In this document: positions 49,401 through 64,000 of the stretch, piece after piece
Position numbering within the stretch: position 1 is the first letter of the stretch
Layout: every line of letters starts with the position of its first letter
Translations under genes and position numbers: made by a program
Source of the DNA: Eledone cirrhosa
Taxonomy: Eukaryota
NCBI GenBank assembly: GCA_964016885.1
Contig: OZ024747.1
Span: forward strand, 90,334,001 to 90,398,000
Direction: 5' to 3'
DNA: 64,000 bases
The notes under the pieces: generated by a model
Seen by the model: the letters and a program-made list of their open reading frames with translations, nothing else
The model's database searches: none
Told to the model about the DNA's origin: nothing

Positions 49401-52400
49401 ACACTATGTCTCCCTTTCCTTATCTCACCTCTATCTTTATAAACACACTATGTCTCTCATTCCTTATCTCACCTCTATCTCTGTAAACACACTATGTCTC
49501 CCTTTCCTTATCTCACCTCTATCTTTGTAAACACACTATGTCTCTCTTTCCTTATCTCACCTCTATCTTTGTAAACACACTATGTCTCCCTTTCCTTATC
49601 TCACCTCTATCTCTGTAAACACACTGTGTCTCCCTTTCCTTATCTCACCCCTATCTTTATAAACACACTATGTCTCCCTTTCCTTATCTCACCTCTATCT
49701 TTGTAAACACACTATGTCTCCCTGTCCTTATCTCAACTCTATCTCTGTAAACACACTATGTCTCCCTTTCCTTATCTCACCCCTATCTTTATAAACACAC
49801 TATGTCTCCCTTTCCTTATCTCACCTCTATCTCTGTAAACACACTATGTCTCCCTTTCCTTATCTCACCTCTAACTCTGTAAACACACTATGTCTCCCTT
49901 TCCTTATCTCACCTCTATCTCTGTAAACACACTATGTCTCCCTTTCCTTATCTCACCTCTATCTATGTAAACACACTATGTCTCCCTTTCCTTATCTCAC
50001 CTCTATCTCTATAAACACACTATGTCTCCCTTTCCTTATCTCACCCCTATCTCTGTAAACACACTATGTCTCCCTTTCCTTATCTCACCTCTATCTCTGT
50101 AAACACACTATGTCTCCCTTTCCTTATCTCACCTCTATCTCTATAAACACACTATGTCTCCCTTTCCTTATCTCACCTCTATCTTTATAAACACACTATG
50201 TCTCCCTTTCCTTATCTCACCTCTATCTCTGTAAACACACTATGTCTCCCTTTCCTTATCTCACCTCTATCTATGTAAACACACTATGTCTCCCTTTCCT
50301 TATCTCACCTCTATCTCTGTAAACACACTATGTCTCCCTTTCCTTATCTCACCTCTATCTTTATAAACACACTATGTCTCCCTTTCCTTATCTCACCTCT
50401 ATCTCTGTAAACACACTATGTCTCCCTTTCCTTATCTCACCTCTATCTCTGTAAACACACTATGTCTCCCTTTCATTATCTCACCTCTAACTCTGTAAAC
50501 ACACTATGTCTCCCTTTCCTTATCTCACCTCTCTCTCTGTAAACACACTATGTCTCCCTTTCCTTATCTCACCTCTATCTCTGTAAACACACTATGTCTC
50601 CCTTTCCTTATCTCACCTCTATCTCTGTAAACACACTATGTCTCCCTTTCATTATCTCACCTCTAACTCTGTAAACACACTATGTCTCCCTTTCCTTATC
50701 TCACCTCTAACTCTGTAAACACACTATGTCTCCCTTTCCTTATCTCACCTCTATCTCTGTAAACACACTATGTCTCCCTTTCCTTATCTCACCTCTATAT
50801 TTTATAAACACACTGTGTCTTCCTTTCCTTATCTCACCCCTATCTTTATAAACACACTATGTCTCCCTTTCCTTATCTCACCTCTATCTTTGTAAACACA
50901 CTATGTCTCCCTGTCCTTATCTCACCTCTATCTCTGTAAACACACTATGTCTCCCTTTCCTTATCTCACCTCTATCTTTGTAAACACACTATGTCTCTCT
51001 TTCCTTATCTCACCCCTATGTCTGTAAACACACTATGTCTCCCTTCCCTTATCTCACCCCTATCTTTATAAACACACTATGTCTCCCTTTCCTTATCTCA
51101 CCCCTATGTCTGTAAACACACTATGTCTCCCTTTCCTTATCTCATCTCTATCTTTATAAACACACTATGTCTTCCTTTCCTTATCTCACCTCTATCTCTG
51201 TAAACACACTATGTCTCCCTTTCCTTATCTCACCTCTATCTCTGTAAACACACTATGTCTCCCTTTCCTTATCTCACCTCTATCTCTGTAAACACACTAT
51301 GTCTCCCTTTCCTTATCTCACCTCTATCTCTGTAAACACACTATGTCTCCCTTTCCTTATCTCACCTCTATCTATGTAAACACACTATGTCTCCCTTTCC
51401 TTATCTCACCTCTATCTCTATAAACACACTATGTCTCCCTTTCCTTATCTCACCCCTATCTCTGTAAACACACTATGTCTCCCTTTCCTTATCTCACCTC
51501 TATCTCTGTAAACACACTATGTCTCCCTTTCCTTATCTCACCTCTATCTCTATAAACACACTATGTCTCCCTTTCCTTATCTCACCTCTATCTTTATAAA
51601 CACACTATGTCTCCCTTTCCTTATCTCACCTCTATCTCTGTAAACACACTATGTCTCCCTTTCCTTATCTCACCTCTATCTATGTAAACACACTATGTCT
51701 CCCTTTCCTTATCTCACCTCTATCTCTGTAAACACACTATGTCTCCCTTTCCTTATCTCACCTCTATCTTTATAAACACACTATGTCTCCCTTTCCTTAT
51801 CTCACCTCTATCTCTGTAAACACACTATGTCTCCCTTTCCTTATCTCACCTCTATCTCTGTAAACACACTATGTCTCCCTTTCATTATCTCACCTCTAAC
51901 TCTGTAAACACACTATGTCTCCCTTTCCTTATCTCACCTCTCTCTCTGTAAACACACTATGTCTCCCTTTCCTTATCTCACCTCTATCTCTGTAAACACA
52001 CTATGTCTCCCTTTCCTTATCTCACCTCTATCTCTGTAAACACACTATGTCTCCCTTTCATTATCTCACCTCTAACTCTGTAAACACACTATGTCTCCCT
52101 TTCCTTATCTCACCTCTAACTCTGTAAACACACTATGTCTCCCTTTCCTTATCTCACCTCTATCTCTGTAAACACACTATGTCTCCCTTTCCTTATCTCA
52201 CCTCTATCTTTATAAACACACTATGTCTCCCTTTCCTTATCTCACCTCTATCTCTGTAAACACACTATGTCTCCCTTTCCTTATCTCACCTCTATCTCTG
52301 TAAACACACTATGTCTCCCTTTCATTATCTCACCTCTAACTCTGTAAACACACTATGTCTCCCTTTCCTTATCTCACCTCTCTCTCTGTAAACACACTAT

Positions 52401-55400
52401 GTCTCCCTTTCCTTATCTCACCTCTATCTCTGTAAACACACTATGTCTCCCTTTCCTTATCTCACCTCTATCTCTGTAAACACACTATGTCTCCCTTTCA
52501 TTATCTCACCTCTAACTCTGTAAACACACTATGTCTCCCTTTCCTTATCTCACCTCTAACTCTGTAAACACACTATGTCTCCCTTTCCTTATCTCACCTC
52601 TATCTCTGTAAACACACTATGTCTCCCTTTCCTTATCTCACCTCTATATTTTATAAACACACTGTGTCTTCCTTTCCTTATCTCACCCCTATCTTTATAA
52701 ACACACTATGTCTCCCTTTCCTTATCTCACCTCTATCTCTGTAAACACACTATGTCTCCCTTTCCTTATCTCACCTCTATATTTTATAAACACACTGTGT
52801 CTTCCTTTCCTTATCTCACCCCTATCTTTATAAACACACTATGTCTCCCTTTCCTTATCTCACCTCTATCTTTGTAAACACACTATGTCTCCCTGTCCTT
52901 ATCTCACCTCTATCTCTGTAAACACACTATGTCTCCCTTTCCTTATCTCACCTCTATCTTTGTAAACACACTATGTCTCTCTTTCCTTATCTCACCCCTA
53001 TGTCTGTAAACACACTATGTCTCCCTTCCCTTATCTCACCCCTATCTTTATAAACACACTATGTCTCCCTTTCCTTATCTCACCCCTATGTCTGTAAACA
53101 CACTATGTCTCCCTTTCCTTATCTCATCTCTATCTTTATAAACACACTATGTCTTCCTTTCCTTATCTCACCTCTATCTCTGTAAACACACTATGTCTCC
53201 CTTTCCTTATCTCACCTCTATCTCTGTAAACACACTATGTCTCCCTTTCCTTATCTCACCTCTATCTCTGTAAACACACTATGTCTCCCTTTCCTTATCT
53301 CACCTCTATCTCTGTAAACACACTATGTCTCCCTTTCCTTATCTCACCTCTATCTATGTAAACACACTATGTCTCCCTTTCCTTATCTCACCTCTATCTC
53401 TATAAACACACTATGTCTCCCTTTCCTTATCTCACCCCTATCTCTGTAAACACACTATGTCTCCCTTTCCTTATCTCACCTCTATCTCTGTAAACACACT
53501 ATGTCTCCCTTTCCTTATCTCACCTCTATCTCTATAAACACACTATGTCTCCCTTTCCTTATCTCACCTCTATCTTTATAAACACACTATGTCTCCCTTT
53601 CCTTATCTCACCTCTATCTCTGTAAACACACTATGTCTCCCTTTCCTTATCTCACCTCTATCTATGTAAACACACTATGTCTCCCTTTCCTTATCTCACC
53701 TCTATCTCTGTAAACACACTATGTCTCCCTTTCCTTATCTCACCTCTATCTTTATAAACACACTATGTCTCCCTTTCCTTATCTCACCTCTATCTCTGTA
53801 AACACACTATGTCTCCCTTTCCTTATCTCACCTCTATCTCTGTAAACACACTATGTCTCCCTTTCATTATCTCACCTCTAACTCTGTAAACACACTATGT
53901 CTCCCTTTCCTTATCTCACCTCTCTCTCTGTAAACACACTATGTCTCCCTTTCCTTATCTCACCTCTATCTCTGTAAACACACTATGTCTCCCTTTCCTT
54001 ATCTCACCTCTATCTCTGTAAACACACTATGTCTCCCTTTCATTATCTCACCTCTAACTCTGTAAACACACTATGTCTCCCTTTCCTTATCTCACCTCTA
54101 ACTCTGTAAACACACTATGTCTCCCTTTCCTTATCTCACCTCTATCTCTGTAAACACACTATGTCTCCCTTTCCTTATCTCACCTCTATCTTTATAAACA
54201 CACTATGTCTCCCTTTCCTTATCTCACCTCTATCTCTGTAAACACACTATGTCTCCCTTTCCTTATCTCACCTCTATCTCTGTAAACACACTATGTCTCC
54301 CTTTCATTATCTCACCTCTAACTCTGTAAACACACTATGTCTCCCTTTCCTTATCTCACCTCTCTCTCTGTAAACACACTATGTCTCCCTTTCCTTATCT
54401 CACCTCTATCTCTGTAAACACACTATGTCTCCCTTTCCTTATCTCACCTCTATCTCTGTAAACACACTATGTCTCCCTTTCATTATCTCACCTCTAACTC
54501 TGTAAACACACTATGTCTCCCTTTCCTTATCTCACCTCTAACTCTGTAAACACACTATGTCTCCCTTTCCTTATCTCACCTCTATCTCTGTAAACACACT
54601 ATGTCTCCCTTTCCTTATCTCACCTCTATATTTTATAAACACACTGTGTCTTCCTTTCCTTATCTCACCCCTATCTTTATAAACACACTATGTCTCCCTT
54701 TCCTTATCTCACCTCTATCTTTGTAAACACACTATGTCTCCCTGTCCTTATCTCACCTCTATCTCTGTAAACACACTATGTCTCCCTTTCCTTATCTCAC
54801 CTCTATCTTTGTAAACACACTATGTCTCTCTTTCCTTATCTCACCCCTATGTCTGTAAACACACTATGTCTCCCTTCCCTTATCTCACCCCTATCTTTAT
54901 AAACACACTATGTCTCCCTTTCCTTATCTCACCCCTATGTCTGTAAACACACTATGTCTCCCTTTCCTTATCTCATCTCTATCTTTATAAACACACTATG
55001 TCTTCCTTTCCTTATCTCACCTCTATCTCTGTAAACACACTATGTCTCCCTTTCCTTATCTCACCTCTATCTCTGTAAACACACTATGTCTCCCTTTCCT
55101 TATCTCACCTCTATCTCTGTAAACACACTATGTCTCCCTTTCCTTATCTCACCTCTATCTCTGTAAACACACTATGTCTCCCTTTCCTTATCTCACCTCT
55201 ATCTATGTAAACACACTATGTCTCCCTTTCCTTATCTCACCTCTATCTCTATAAACACACTATGTCTCCCTTTCCTTATCTCACCCCTATCTCTGTAAAC
55301 ACACTATGTCTCCCTTTCCTTATCTCACCTCTATCTCTGTAAACACACTATGTCTCCCTTTCCTTATCTCACCTCTATCTCTATAAACACACTATGTCTC

Positions 55401-58400
55401 CCTTTCCTTATCTCACCTCTATCTTTATAAACACACTATGTCTCCCTTTCCTTATCTCACCTCTATCTCTGTAAACACACTATGTCTCCCTTTCCTTATC
55501 TCACCTCTATCTATGTAAACACACTATGTCTCCCTTTCCTTATCTCACCTCTATCTCTGTAAACACACTATGTCTCCCTTTCCTTATCTCACCTCTATCT
55601 TTATAAACACACTATGTCTCCCTTTCCTTATCTCACCTCTATCTCTGTAAACACACTATGTCTCCCTTTCCTTATCTCACCTCTATCTCTGTAAACACAC
55701 TATGTCTCCCTTTCATTATCTCACCTCTAACTCTGTAAACACACTATGTCTCCCTTTCCTTATCTCACCTCTCTCTCTGTAAACACACTATGTCTCCCTT
55801 TCCTTATCTCACCTCTATCTCTGTAAACACACTATGTCTCCCTTTCCTTATCTCACCTCTATCTCTGTAAACACACTATGTCTCCCTTTCATTATCTCAC
55901 CTCTAACTCTGTAAACACACTATGTCTCCCTTTCCTTATCTCACCTCTAACTCTGTAAACACACTATGTCTCCCTTTCCTTATCTCACCTCTCTCTCTGT
56001 AAACACACTATGTCTCCCTTTCCTTATCTCACCTCTATCTCTGTAAACACACTATGTCTCCCTTTCCTTATCTCACCTCTATCTCTGTAAACACACTATG
56101 TCTCCCTTTCATTATCTCACCTCTATCTCTGTAAACACACTATGTCTCCCTTTCCTTATCTCACCTCTATCTCTGTAAACACACTATGTCTCCCATCCCT
56201 TATCTCACCCCTATCTTTATAAACACACTTTGTCACCCTTTCCTTATCTCACCTCTATCTTTGTAAACACAATATGTCTCCCCTTCCTTATCTCACCCCT
56301 ATGTCTGTAAACACACTATGTCTCTCTTTCCTTATCTCACCTCTATCTTTATAAACACACTTTGTCTCCCTTTGCTTATCTCACCTCTATCTCTGTAAAC
56401 ACACTATGTCTCCCTTTCCTTATCTCACCTCTATCTCTGTAAACACACTATGTCTCCCTTTCCTTATCTCACCTCTATCTTTGTAAACACACTATGTCTC
56501 CCTTTCCTTATCTCACCTCTATCTTTATAAACACACTATGTCTCCCTTTCCTTATCTCACCCCTATCTTTGTAAACACACTATGTCTCTCTTTCCTTATC
56601 TCACCTCTATCTCTGTAAACACACTATGTCTCTCTTTCCTTGTCTCACCTCTATCTTTGTAAACACACTATGTCTCCCTTTCCTTATCTCACCTCTATCT
56701 CTGTAAACACACTATGTCTCCCTTTCCTTATCTCACCTCTATCTTTATAAACACACTATGTCTCCCTTTCCTTATCTCACCGCTATCTCTGTAAACACAC
56801 TATGTCTCCCTTTGCTTATCTCACCTCTATCTTTATAAACACACTTTGTCTCCCTTTGCTTATCTCACCTCTATCTCTGTAAACACACTATGTCTCCCTT
56901 TCCTTATCTTACCTCTATCTCTGTAAACACACTATGTCTCCCTTTCCTTATCTTACCTCTATCTCTGTAAACACACTATGTCTCCCTTTCCTTATCTCAC
57001 CGCTATCTCTGTAAACACACTATGTCTCCCTTTCCTTATCTCACCTCTATCTTTATAAACACACTATGTCTCCCTTTCCTTATCTCACCTCTATCTTTAT
57101 AAACACACTATGTCTCCCTTTCCTTATCTCACCTCTATCTCTGTAAACACACTATGTCTCCCTTTCCTTATCTCACCCCTATCTTTATAAACACACTATG
57201 TCTCCCTTTCCTTATCTCACCTCTATCTCTGTAAACACATTATGTCCCCCTTTCCTTATCTCACCTCTATCTTTGTAAACACACTATGTCCCCCTTTCCT
57301 TATCTCACCTCTATCTTTATAAACACACTATGTCTCCCTTTCCTTATCTCACCTCTATCTTTATAAACACACTATGTCTCCCTTTCCTTATCTCACCTCT
57401 ATCTCTGTAAACACATTATGTCCCCCTTTCCTTATCTCACCTCTATCTTTGTAAACACACTATGTCTCCCTTTCCTTATCTCACCTCTAACTCTGTAAAC
57501 ACACTATGTCTCCCTTTCCTTATCTCACCCCTATGTCTGTAAACACACTATGTCTCCCTTTCCTTATCTCACCTCTATCTTTGTAAACACACTATGTCTC
57601 TCTTTCCTTATCTCACCCCTATGTCTGTAAACACACTATGTCTCCCTTCCCTTATCTCACCCCTATCTTTATAAACACACTATGTCTCCCTTTCCTTATC
57701 TCACCCCTATGTCTGTAAACACACTATGTCTCCCTTTCCTTATCTCATCTCTATCTTTATAAACACACTATGTCTTCCTTTCCTTATCTCACCTCTATCT
57801 CTGTAAACACACTATGTCTCCCTTTCCTTATCTCACCTCTATCTCTGTAAACACACTATGTCTCCCTTTCCTTATCTCACCTCTATCTCTGTAAACACAC
57901 TATGTCTCCCTTTCCTTATCTCACCTCTATCTCTGTAAACACACTATGTCTCCCTTTCCTTATCTCACCTCTATCTATGTAAACACACTATGTCTCCCTT
58001 TCCTTATCTCACCTCTATCTCTATAAACACACTATGTCTCCCTTTCCTTATCTCACCCCTATCTCTGTAAACACACTATGTCTCCCTTTCCTTATCTCAC
58101 CTCTATCTCTGTAAACACACTATGTCTCCCTTTCCTTATCTCACCTCTATCTCTATAAACACACTATGTCTCCCTTTCCTTATCTCACCTCTATCTTTAT
58201 AAACACACTATGTCTCCCTTTCCTTATCTCACCTCTATCTCTGTAAACACACTATGTCTCCCTTTCCTTATCTCACCTCTATCTATGTAAACACACTATG
58301 TCTCCCTTTCCTTATCTCACCTCTATCTCTGTAAACACACTATGTCTCCCTTTCCTTATCTCACCTCTATCTTTATAAACACACTATGTCTCCCTTTCCT

Positions 58401-61400
58401 TATCTCACCTCTATCTCTGTAAACACACTATGTCTCCCTTTCCTTATCTCACCTCTATCTCTGTAAACACACTATGTCTCCCTTTCATTATCTCACCTCT
58501 AACTCTGTAAACACACTATGTCTCCCTTTCCTTATCTCACCTCTCTCTCTGTAAACACACTATGTCTCCCTTTCCTTATCTCACCTCTATCTCTGTAAAC
58601 ACACTATGTCTCCCTTTCCTTATCTCACCTCTATCTCTGTAAACACACTATGTCTCCCTTTCATTATCTCACCTCTAACTCTGTAAACACACTATGTCTC
58701 CCTTTCCTTATCTCACCTCTAACTCTGTAAACACACTATGTCTCCCTTTCCTTATCTCACCTCTCTCTCTGTAAACACACTATGTCTCCCTTTCCTTATC
58801 TCACCTCTATCTCTGTAAACACACTATGTCTCCCTTTCCTTATCTCACCTCTATCTCTGTAAACACACTATGTCTCCCTTTCATTATCTCACCTCTATCT
58901 CTGTAAACACACTATGTCTCCCTTTCCTTATCTCACCTCTATCTCTGTAAACACACTATGTCTCCCATCCCTTATCTCACCCCTATCTTTATAAACACAC
59001 TTTGTCACCCTTTCCTTATCTCACCTCTATCTTTGTAAACACAATATGTCTCCCCTTCCTTATCTCACCCCTATGTCTGTAAACACACTATGTCTCTCTT
59101 TCCTTATCTCACCTCTATCTTTATAAACACACTTTGTCTCCCTTTGCTTATCTCACCTCTATCTCTGTAAACACACTATGTCTCCCTTTCCTTATCTCAC
59201 CTCTATCTCTGTAAACACACTATGTCTCCCTTTCCTTATCTCACCTCTATCTTTGTAAACACACTATGTCTCCCTTTCCTTATCTCACCTCTATCTTTAT
59301 AAACACACTATGTCTCCCTTTCCTTATCTCACCCCTATCTTTGTAAACACACTATGTCTCTCTTTCCTTATCTCACCTCTATCTCTGTAAACACACTATG
59401 TCTCTCTTTCCTTGTCTCACCTCTATCTTTGTAAACACACTATGTCTCCCTTTCCTTATCTCACCTCTATCTCTGTAAACACACTATGTCTCCCTTTCCT
59501 TATCTCACCTCTATCTTTATAAACACACTATGTCTCCCTTTCCTTATCTCACCGCTATCTCTGTAAACACACTATGTCTCCCTTTGCTTATCTCACCTCT
59601 ATCTTTATAAACACACTTTGTCTCCCTTTGCTTATCTCACCTCTATCTCTGTAAACACACTATGTCTCCCTTTCCTTATCTTACCTCTATCTCTGTAAAC
59701 ACACTATGTCTCCCTTTCCTTATCTTACCTCTATCTCTGTAAACACACTATGTCTCCCTTTCCTTATCTCACCGCTATCTCTGTAAACACACTATGTCTC
59801 CCTTTCCTTATCTCACCTCTATCTTTATAAACACACTATGTCTCCCTTTCCTTATCTCACCTCTATCTTTATAAACACACTATGTCTCCCTTTCCTTATC
59901 TCACCTCTATCTCTGTAAACACACTATGTCTCCCTTTCCTTATCTCACCCCTATCTTTATAAACACACTATGTCTCCCTTTCCTTATCTCACCTCTATCT
60001 CTGTAAACACATTATGTCCCCCTTTCCTTATCTCACCTCTATCTTTGTAAACACACTATGTCCCCCTTTCCTTATCTCACCTCTATCTTTATAAACACAC
60101 TATGTCTCCCTTTCCTTATCTCACCTCTATCTTTATAAACACACTATGTCTCCCTTTCCTTATCTCACCTCTATCTCTGTAAACACATTATGTCCCCCTT
60201 TCCTTATCTCACCTCTATCTTTGTAAACACACTATGTCTCCCTTTCCTTATCTCACCTCTAACTCTGTAAACACACTATGTCTCCCTTTCCTTATCTCAC
60301 CCCTATGTCTGTAAACACACTATGTCTCCCTTTCCTTATCTCACCTCTATCTTTATAAACAGACTATGTCTCCCTTTCCTTATCTCACCTCTATCTCTGT
60401 AAACACACTATGTCTTCCTTTCCTTATCTCACCTCTATCTTTATAAACACACTATATCTCCCTTTCCTTATCTCACCTCTATCTATGTAAACACACTATG
60501 TCTCCCTTTCCTTATCTCACCTCTATCTCTATAAACACACTATGTCTCCCTTTCCTTATCTCACCCCTATGTCTGTAAACACACTATGTCTCCCTTTCCT
60601 TATCTCACCTCTATCTTTATAAACACACTATGTCTCCCTTTCCTTATCTCACCTCTATCTCTGTAAATACACTATGTCTCCCTTTCCTTATCTCACCTCT
60701 ATCTCTGTAAATACACTATGTCTCCCTTTCCTTATCTCACCTCTAACTCTGTAAACACACTATGTCTCCCTTTCCTTATCTCACCTCTAACTCTGTAAAC
60801 ACACTATGTCTCCCTTTCCTTATCTCACCTCTATCTCTGTAAACACACTATGTCTCCCTTTCCTTATCTCACCTCTATCTCTGTAAACACACTATGTCTC
60901 CCTTTCCTTATCTCACCTCTAACTCTGTAAACACACTATGTCTCCCTTTCCTTATCTCACCTCTATCTCTGTAAACACACTATGTCTCCCTTTCCTTATC
61001 TCACCTCTATCTCTGTAAACACACTATGTCTCCCTTTCCTTATCTCACCTCTATCTCTGTAAACACACTATGTCTCCCTTTCCTTATCTCACCTCTATCT
61101 ATGTAAACACACTATGTCTCCCTTTCCTTATCTCACCTCTATCTCTGTAAACACACTATGTCTCCCTTTCCTTATCTCACCCCTATGTCTGTAAACACAC
61201 TATGTCTCCCTTTCCTTATCTCACCTCTATCTCTGTAAACACACTGTGTCTCCCTTTCCTTATCTCACCTCTATCTCTGTAAACACACTATGTCTCCCTT
61301 TCCTTATCTCACCTCTATCTCTGTAAACACACTATGTCTCCCTTTCCTTATCTCACCCCTATCTCTGTAAACACACTATGTCTCCCTTTCCTTATCTCAC

Positions 61401-64000
61401 CTCTATCTCTGTAAACACACTATGTCTCCCTTTCCTTATCTCACCTCTATCTCTGTAAACACACTATGTCTCCCTTTCCTTATCTCACCTCTAACTCTGT
61501 AAACACACTATGTCTCCCTTTCCTTATCTCACCTCTATCTCTGTAAACACACTATGTCTCCCTTTCCTTATCTCACCTCTATATTTTATAAACACACTGT
61601 GTCTTCCTTTCCTTATCTCACCCCTATCTTTATAAACACACTATGTCTCCCTTTCCTTATCTCACCTCTATCTCTGTAAACACACTATGTCTCCCTTTCC
61701 TTATCTCACCTCTATATTTTATAAACACACTGTGTCTTCCTTTCCTTATCTCACCCCTATCTTTATAAACACACTATGTCTCCCTTTCCTTATCTCACCT
61801 CTATCTTTGTAAACACACTATGTCTCCCTGTCCTTATCTCATCTCTATCTCTGTAAACACACTATGTCTCCCTTTCCTTATCTCACCTCTATCTTTGTAA
61901 ACACACTATGTCTCTCTTTCCTTATCTCACCCCTATGTCTGTAAACACACTATGTCTCCCTTCCCTTATCTCACCCCTATCTTTATAAACACACTATGTC
62001 TCCCTTTCCTTATCTCACCCCTATGTCTGTAAACACACTATGTCTCCCTTTCCTTATCTCATCTCTATCTTTATAAACACACTATGTCTTCCTTTCCTTA
62101 TCTCACCTCTATCTCTGTAAACACACTATGTCTCCCTTTCCTTATCTCACCTCTATCTCTGTAAACACACTATGTCTCCCTTTCCTTATCTCACCTCTAT
62201 CTCTGTAAACACACTATGTCTCCCTTTCCTTATCTCACCTCTATCTCTGTAAACACACTATGTCTCCCTTTCCTTATCTCACCTCTATCTATGTAAACAC
62301 ACTATGTCTCCCTTTCCTTATCTCACCTCTATCTCTATAAACACACTATGTCTCCCTTTCCTTATCTCACCCCTATCTCTGTAAACACACTATGTCTCCC
62401 TTTCCTTATCTCACCTCTATCTCTGTAAACACACTATGTCTCCCTTTCCTTATCTCACCTCTATCTCTATAAACACACTATGTCTCCCTTTCCTTATCTC
62501 ACCTCTATCTTTATAAACACACTATGTCTCCCTTTCCTTATCTCACCTCTATCTCTGTAAACACACTATGTCTCCCTTTCCTTATCTCACCTCTATCTAT
62601 GTAAACACACTATGTCTCCCTTTCCTTATCTCACCTCTATCTCTGTAAACACACTATGTCTCCCTTTCCTTATCTCACCTCTATCTTTATAAACACACTA
62701 TGTCTCCCTTTCCTTATCTCACCTCTATCTCTGTAAACACACTATGTCTCCCTTTCCTTATCTCACCTCTATCTCTGTAAACACACTATGTCTCCCTTTC
62801 ATTATCTCACCTCTAACTCTGTAAACACACTATGTCTCCCTTTCCTTATCTCACCTCTCTCTCTGTAAACACACTATGTCTCCCTTTCCTTATCTCACCT
62901 CTATCTCTGTAAACACACTATGTCTCCCTTTCCTTATCTCACCTCTATCTCTGTAAACACACTATGTCTCCCTTTCATTATCTCACCTCTAACTCTGTAA
63001 ACACACTATGTCTCCCTTTCCTTATCTCACCTCTAACTCTGTAAACACACTATGTCTCCCTTTCCTTATCTCACCTCTATCTCTGTAAACACACTATGTC
63101 TCCCTTTCCTTATCTCACCTCTATCTTTATAAACACACTATGTCTCCCTTTCCTTATCTCACCTCTATCTCTGTAAACACACTATGTCTCCCTTTCCTTA
63201 TCTCACCTCTATCTCTGTAAACACACTATGTCTCCCTTTCATTATCTCACCTCTAACTCTGTAAACACACTATGTCTCCCTTTCCTTATCTCACCTCTCT
63301 CTCTGTAAACACACTATGTCTCCCTTTCCTTATCTCACCTCTATCTCTGTAAACACACTATGTCTCCCTTTCCTTATCTCACCTCTATCTCTGTAAACAC
63401 ACTATGTCTCCCTTTCATTATCTCACCTCTAACTCTGTAAACACACTATGTCTCCCTTTCCTTATCTCACCTCTAACTCTGTAAACACACTATGTCTCCC
63501 TTTCCTTATCTCACCTCTATCTCTGTAAACACACTATGTCTCCCTTTCCTTATCTCACCTCTATATTTTATAAACACACTGTGTCTTCCTTTCCTTATCT
63601 CACCCCTATCTTTATAAACACACTATGTCTCCCTTTCCTTATCTCACCTCTATCTTTGTAAACACACTATGTCTCCCTGTCCTTATCTCACCTCTATCTC
63701 TGTAAACACACTATGTCTCCCTTTCCTTATCTCACCTCTATCTTTGTAAACACACTATGTCTCTCTTTCCTTATCTCACCCCTATGTCTGTAAACACACT
63801 ATGTCTCCCTTCCCTTATCTCACCCCTATCTTTATAAACACACTATGTCTCCCTTTCCTTATCTCACCCCTATGTCTGTAAACACACTATGTCTCCCTTT
63901 CCTTATCTCATCTCTATCTTTATAAACACACTATGTCTTCCTTTCCTTATCTCACCTCTATCTCTGTAAACACACTATGTCTCCCTTTCCTTATCTCACC
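43402..64000. repeat. 44-bp satellite array (~468 units, runs off window end) with higher-order repeats
   Basis: Same 44-bp monomer throughout. Rare variants recur at spacings of 1716 bp (39 units), 1849 bp (42 units + 1 nt) and 2772 bp (63 units). Confidence 0.99.

Noticed and set aside
43402-64000. CRISPR-like array next to a reverse transcriptase
   Set aside because: Units are head-to-tail with no unique spacers, there are no cas genes and the context is eukaryotic. It is a satellite.

Overview
AT-rich, microsatellite-dense eukaryotic DNA with no host gene that I can support. The SINE/MITE repertoire and (TA)n/(CA)n density suggest a mollusc, probably an octopus (inference). The left 37 kb is mostly transposon remnants: RTE LINE fragments, two Penelope-like (PLE) RT relics, a Chapaev3-like transposase pseudogene, tRNA-derived SINEs, TTAA/hAT/pogo-type MITEs and minisatellites. 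It also holds several fold-back (inverted-repeat) cassettes in (TA)n tracts that carry minimal type-I hammerhead ribozyme motifs: five readable copies and one degenerate copy, from at least three sequence families. The right 27 kb is a 44-bp satellite array with higher-order repeats. Near its left edge an apparently intact, full-length Tx1-like (L1 clade) retrotransposon is inserted (37604-43401; ORF1 with a CCHC knuckle, ORF2 APE-RT-Zn finger; perfect 18-bp target-site duplication). Coordinates of degraded elements are approximate.
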